Below, one piece after another: positions 31,001 to 32,644 of a stretch of DNA of 32,644 nt (its first letter is position 1; every line of letters starts with the position of its first letter). The stretch is from positions 1-32,644 of the forward strand of contig JAUCBJ010006264.1 in assembly GCA_032718475.1 (NCBI GenBank), read 5' to 3'. This stretch comes from Nemertoderma westbladi. Its lineage: Eukaryota > Animalia > Xenacoelomorpha. The position numbers were made by a program, and so were the translations under genes. Under the pieces are notes generated by a model that ran no database searches, was not told the origin of the DNA, and was given only the letters and a program-made list of their open reading frames with translations.

Positions 31001-31237
31001 GTTTACGATGTTGAACTTCTTAATTTAAACGAACAACCATTTTCTACTAAAGATAATGATAATGATTCACATGCTGGCCAATGCGCGGTCGGGCAAACTG
31101 GTGCATGGTGGTTCAAATCCTGTCATATGTCCAATCTCAATGGAGTGTATGGTGAGCCAGATGGAAGGGGTCCGAGGTGGGCAACTTTTACTGGTTTGGA
31201 GCCAGCTGATAAAGTCGAGATGAAAATCAAAGTCTAG
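19082..31237 (+). CDS. Giant single-exon fibrinogen-related-domain (FReD/FBG) protein, about 4051 aa: N-terminal signal anchor, 11/15-residue repeat stalk, C-terminal FReD (FIBCD1/angiopoietin/ficolin-like architecture)
   Basis: Uninterrupted ORF; the first ATG is 19082 (ACAATG) although the track starts at a TTG. Hydrophobic segment WWSIVGMVIAASVGAASVAGIVVMTVGY at 19172-19255. C-terminal motifs CD..GGPWLVIQRRVDGSEDF, W..Y..GFG, FWIGLDKIHQL, YSGDAGDS, FSTKDNDND, GAWWFKSCHMSNLNG and EMKIK are diagnostic of FReD. Confidence 0.9.
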   Translation: MTSVHPFVESGTSLSDSSMPKLPLPKPPTPWWSIVGMVIAASVGAASVAGIVVMTVGYKGEVDTDIKKIKDQLSEYGNKFAPVEQLTDTAEGFDLQLKNNGETILIQLKDQEETLSSKLTSFAGQIAKIEDGFATQFKDQSTDFGNKLRNETDGYTSQLQTQEDSLVKLVQTQGDSFNGQLKEQAHSLITLIENQGDSLDALIKDQGDSLTYQIRTQELLYAKFKNQSDLYENQFEIQSDTFNTQLKDLGDSLLDKMQDQGNFDSELKDLVDSLTTQIQAQGTSFDAQLKDQGTSFDTELKDQGDSFDIQLKDLGDSLTNSFDTQLKDQSDTLTTQIQAQGTSFDTQLKDLGDSLTTSFDTQLKDQGDSLTTQIQAQGTSFDTQLKDQGDSLTAQIQAQGDSLMTQILAQGTSFDTQLKDLGDSLTTSFDTQLKDQGDSLTNQIQAQGTSFDAQLKDQGTSFDTQLKDQGDSFDTQLIDLGDSLTTSFDTQLKDQGDSLTNQIQAQGTSFDAQLKDQGTSFDTRLKDQGDSFDIQLKDLGDSLTSSFDTQLKDQSDTLTTQIQAQGTSFDTQLKDLGDSLTTSFDTQLKDQGDSLTTQIQAQGTSFDAQLKDQGTSFDTQLKDQGDSFDIQLKDLGDSLTNSFDTQLKDQSDTLTTQIQAQGTSFDTQLKDQGDFLTAQIQAQGTSFDTQLKDLGDSLTTSFDTQLKDQGDSLTTQIQAQGTSFDAQLKDQGTSFDTQLKDQGDSFDIQLKDLGDSLTNSFDTQLKDQSDTLTTQIQAQGTSFDTQLKDQGDSLTAQIQAQGTSFDTQLKDLGDSLTNLFDTQLKDQSDTLTTQIQAQGTSFDTQLKDQGDSLTAQIQAQGDSLMTQILAQGTSFDTQLKDLGDSLTTSFDTQLKDQGDSLTTQIQVQGTSFDAQLKDQGTSFDTQLKDQGDSFDTQLIDLGDSLTTSFDTQLKDQGDSLTTQIQAQGTSFDTQLKDQGDSLTAQIQAQGDSLMTQILAQGTSFDTQLKDLGDSLTTSFDTQLKDQGDSLTTQIQVQGTLFDAQLKDQGTSFDTQLKDQGDSFDIQLKDLGDSLTNSFDTQLKDQSDTLTTQIQAQGTSFDTQLKDLGDSLTTSFDTQLKDQGDSLTTQIQAQGTSFDTQLKDQGDSLTAQIQAQGDSLMTQILAQGTSFDTQLKDLGDSLTTSFDTQLKDQGDSLTTQIQVQGTSFDAQLKDQGTSFDTQLKDQGDSFDIQLKDLGDSLTNSFDTQLKDQSDTLTTQIQAQGTSFDTQLKDLGDSLTTSFDTQLKDQGDLLTTQIQAQGTSFDAQLKDQGTSFDTQLKDQGDSFDIQLKDLGDSLRNSFDTQLKDQSDTLTTQIQAQGTSFDTQLKDLGDSLTTSFDTQLKDQGDSLTTQIQAQGTSFDAQLKDQGTSFDTQLKDQGDSFHIQLKDLGDSLTNSFDTQLKDQSDTLTTQIQAQGTSFDTQLKDQGDSLTAQIQAQGTSFDTQLKDLGDSLTTSFDTQLKDQGDSLTTQIQVQGTSFDAQLKDQGDSLTAQIQAQGTSFDTQLKDLGDSLTNSFDTQLKDQSDTLTTQIQAQGTSFDTQLKDLGDSLTTSFDTQLKDQGDSLTTQIQAQGTSFDAQLKDQGTSFDTQLKDQGNLFDIQLKDLGDSLTNSFDTQLKDQSDTLTTQIQAQGTSFDTQLKDQGDSLTAQIQAQGTSFDTQLKDLGDSLTTSFDTQLKDQGDSLTTQIQAQGTSFDAQLKDQGTSFDTQLKDQGDSFDTQLIDLGDSLTTSFDTQLKDQGDSLTTQIQAQGTSFDTQLKDQGDSLTAQIQAQGDSLMTQILAQGTSFDTQLKDLGDSLTTSFDTQLKDQGDSFTTQIQVQGTSFDAQLKDQGTSFDTQLKDQGDSFDIQLKDLGDSLSNSFDTQLKDQSDTLTTQIQAQGTSFDTQLKDLGDSLTTSFDTQLKDQGDLLTTQIQAQGTSFDAQLKDQGTSFDTQLKDQGDSFDIQLKDLGDSLTNSFDTQLKDQSDTLTTQIQAQGTSFDTQLKDLGDSLTTSFDTQLKDQGDSLTTQIQAQGTSFDAQLKDQGTSFDTQLKDQGDSFDIQLKDLGDSLTNSFDTQLKDQSDTLTTQIQAQGTSFDTQLKDQGDSLTAQIQAQGTSFDTQLKDLGDSLTTSFDTQLKDQGDSLTTQIQAQGTSFDAQLKDQGTSFDTQLKDQGDSFDIQLKDLGDSLTNSFDTQLKDQSDTLTTQIQAQGTSFDTQLKDQGDSLTAQIQAQGTSFDTQLKDLGDSRTNLFDTQLKDQSDTLTTQIQAQGTSFDTQLKDQGDSLTAQIQAQGDSLMTQILAQGTSFDTQLKDLGDSLTTSFDTQLKDQGDSLTTQIQVQGTLFDAQLKDQGTSFDTQLKDQGDSFDTQLIDLGDSLTNSFDTQLKDQSDTLTTQIQAQGTSFDTQLKDLGDSLTTSFDTQLKDQGDLLTTQIQAQGTSFDAQLKDQGTSFDTQLKDQGDSFDIQLKDLGDSLTNSFDTQLKDQSDTLTTQIQAQGTSFDTQLKDLGDSLTTSFDTQLKDQGDSLTTQIQAQGTSFDAQLKDQGTSFDTQLKDQGDSFDIQLKDLGESLTNSFDTQLKDQSDTLTTQIQAQGTSFDTQLKDQGDSLTAQIQAQGTSFDTQLKDLGDSLTTSFDTQLKDQGDSLTTQIQAQGTSFDAQLKDQGTSFDTQLKDQGDSFDIQLKDLGDSLTNSFDTQLKDQSDTLTTQIQAQGTSFDTQLKDQGDSLTAQIQAQGTSFDTQLKDLGDSLTNLFDTQLKDQSDTLTTQIQAQGTSFDTQLKDQGDSLTAQIQAQGDSLMTQILAQGTSFDTQLKDLGDSLTTSFDTQLKDQGDSLTAQIQAQGDSLNTQILAQGTSFDTQLKDLGDSLTTSFDTQLKDQGDSLTTQIQVQGTLFDAQLKDQGTSFDTQLKDQGDSFDTQLIDLGDSLTNSFDTQLKDQSDTLTTQIQAQGTSFDTQLKDLDDSLTTSFDTQLKDQGDSLTTQIQAQGTSFDAQLKDQGTSFDTQLKDQGDSFDIQLKDLGESLTNSFDTQLKDQSDTLTTQIQAQGTSFDTQLKDQGDSLTAQIQAQGTSFDTQLKDLGDSLTNLFDTQLKDQSDTLTTQIQAQGTSFVTQLKDQGDSLTAQIQAQGDSLMTQILAQGTSFDTQLKDLGDSLTTSFDTQLKDQGDLLTTQIQAQGTSFDAQLKDQGTSFDTQLKDQGDSFDIQLKDLGDSLTNSFDTQLNDQSDTLTTQIQAQGTSFNTQLNDQGDSLTAQIQAQGDSLMTQILAQGTSFDTQLKDLGDSLTTSFDTQLKDQGDSLTTQIQAQGTSFDAQLKDQGTSFNTQLKDQGDSFDTQLIDLGDSLTNSFDTQLKDQSDTLTTQIQAQGTSFDTQLKDLGDSLTTSFDTQLKDQGDSLTTQIQTQGTSFDAQLKDQGTSFDTQLKEQGDSFDTQLKDLGDSLTSLFDTQLKDQSDTLTTQIQAQGTSFDTQLKDQGDSLTAQIQAQGDSLMTQILAQGTSFDTQLKDLGDSLTTSFDTQLKDQGDSLTTQIQAQGTSFDAQLKDQGTSFDTQLKDQGDSFDTQLKDLGDSLTSLFDTQLKDQSDTLTTQIQAQGTSFDTQLKDQSDTLTTQIQAQGTSFDTQLKDQGVSFDTQLKDLGDSLTNLFDTQLNDQSDTLTTQIQAQGTSFDTQLKDQGDSLTAQIQAQGDSLMTQILAQGTSFDTQLIDLGDSLTTSFDTQLKDQGDSLTTQIQVQGTSFDAQLKDQGISFDTQLKDQGDSFDTQLKDLGDSLTNSFDTQLKDQSDTLTTQIQAQGTSFDTQLKDQGDSLTTQIDAVAKDLIILDSELRDYINEMLQLYLQINQTCGVLTVDNSIAIYPNQMYGLPSTGFIRCDTTAPGGPWLVIQRRVDGSEDFYLGWESYRSGFGNIEANFWIGLDKIHQLSLGGVILRVDLWWNGEHKFARYSSFSISDASTNFILYISGYSGDAGDSIVYDVELLNLNEQPFSTKDNDNDSHAGQCAVGQTGAWWFKSCHMSNLNGVYGEPDGRGPRWATFTGLEPADKVEMKIKV
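19860..30526 (+). repeat. Coding tandem repeat of 33-bp and 45-bp modules (SFDTQLKDQGD, SLTTQIQAQGT, SFDTQLKDLGDSLTT and variants)
   Basis: About 10.7 kb of in-frame modules with no stop or frameshift. Diverged copies extend upstream to about 19580. Confidence 0.97.
30614..31234 (+). other. Fibrinogen C-terminal globular domain (FReD) coding region
   Basis: Four canonical cysteines (TCG, RCD, QCA, SCH), Ca-binding DNDND loop and NLNG motif. Confidence 0.93.
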
Positions 31238-31523
31238 AATCCGCAGTAAAGCTAACGCTTGTCCAAAAAGTGACCAACTTGCCTTATTAAACGACATCTT
31301 TTTTGGCACTCACCATTCCTTTACCACAGTAGTGACAAGGCTCAGGCTTTAAAAGCCTGTACTGATGTTCATCAATTATGACGAGTGTAGATCTTGTTGT
31401 TTTAGTTGGGAAGCGAGTTTAGGCTCTTGTAAAATATTTCCTAAATTACATACACGGTATATTTCCACAGTATGGGGAATTTCGTTCTGTTTTCAGGACA
31501 TCCCGCGGCATATATATATATAC

Positions 31524-31529
31524 AATAAA
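31524..31529 (+). promoter_or_regulatory. Candidate polyadenylation signal of the FReD gene
   Basis: First AATAAA downstream of the stop codon, about 290 nt away; an ATTAAA also occurs near 31286. Confidence 0.3.
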
Positions 31530-31903
31530 TAGCACGAGCGCATCACGTGAGATAATATATGTTACGTATCATATCTAAAGGATAATAGCAAAATATGAGT
31601 ATATTTCCGCTGCTCCATTTATTGCCTTTATAACGAGATCAAAAATACATATTAGAGATCTTAAAGAGAACTAAAAGAAATCTCCCTAAGCCGTGTTAAG
31701 ATTTGAAATCCTCACTAAACTCTGCTCGATAGATGACATAATGTAGAAAAATAAAAAATCTGAACTTTTGACCCGGAAGAGGGGAATTCCAACCCAAAGC
31801 ACCTATATATAATTTGTATTAAGCCATGAGTTTGGCACCCAAAGCACAAAAAAAGTGTACAGTATATAAATAAGTTATTAATAATAATTATAAAAGAAAG
31901 TTT

Positions 31904-32460
31904 TTAATATTTAAGTAGTGTGCATATGAAATTTATTTTTGACGCACCCGCCAGTGGGAGAGACTTTTCGAGTTGGCTGGATAGTTCAATAAGTGGTACG
32001 CAGATGCGCCCCCCCCCCCCCCCCCCCCCCGCCCCCACATACAGTCGGCAACGGCAGGTCTTGCAATCAGAGTGGAATTTATTCATGCAACAAACCAAGT
32101 GGTGATATCTCTGTATAGCAAACCTCGTCACCACGTCTCTTTGGTTGCTGGGAACGAGTCCAAGATTTCTCAGAAAAACAGGAGTGCTCCAAAATTCAGG
32201 ATCGATATCCGCCACTTTGGCTTCTATATCCCCGACGTATTTAATGAAGTTTAAAGTTTCCGGCAGGTTCATATGTGCTTGAAGCTTGATACGGAGGTTG
32301 GTATCGCCACAGATTGCAACTACTAGCCTATTGGAAGCATTTTATTTAGACTAAGAACTCTTTTCATAAATGTGGTCTGTTAAGTCAAGAACCGAATCCT
32401 CAAATGTTCTCACTTTGGATCTCGAGGGACTAGTAATTCTTCACTGGATGAACTTTTAAT
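31904..32460 (-). pseudogene. Decayed coding fragment, possibly the 3' end of a retroelement ORF
   Basis: Minus frame open from ~32341 (NASNRLVVAICGD...TRFAIQRYHHLVCCMNKFHSDCKTCRCRLY) with a His/Cys cluster. Stops and frame changes lie upstream and a 22-nt C run interrupts it downstream. Family not recognised with certainty. Confidence 0.3.
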
Positions 32461-32644
32461 CCGGGGGTTTGAAGGTCTAATATGTCGAGCCGTTCCAAAT
32501 ACGGTCTCAACTACCGGTAGTAATTTTATACTGTACAGTAGTCTTCCCACTAAGGTCCGCCAACCACTGTTAAACCCCCGCGAACAGCGGAAGAATCGAA
32601 TAATCGTCCTATTCTCGGGCGTACAGCTGTTGCAACCTCACCAG

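Overview
Eukaryotic, most likely invertebrate animal, genomic DNA with two + strand protein-coding genes in repeat-rich sequence. (1) WDR24 (GATOR2 subunit) has 5 coding exons (1349-1648, 1874-2767, 9269-9676, 12875-13111, 13372-13920; about 795 aa) and four phase-0 GT-AG introns. Its two large introns each begin with a long minisatellite whose unit is a copy of the upstream exon end plus its own 5' splice site (about 110 and about 70 decoy donors). Intron 2 also holds nested MITE-like elements and a possible Helitron end. (2) A single-exon, 12.2-kb ORF (about 4050 aa) encodes a predicted type II membrane protein: a signal anchor, about 3550 aa of 11/15-residue amphipathic repeats, and a C-terminal fibrinogen-related domain (FReD). 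Between the genes lie a 22-bp satellite and a G/C-run satellite. A decayed minus-strand coding fragment ends the window. No CRISPR array, rRNA or tRNA gene was seen. Copy numbers are estimates from array length divided by unit length.
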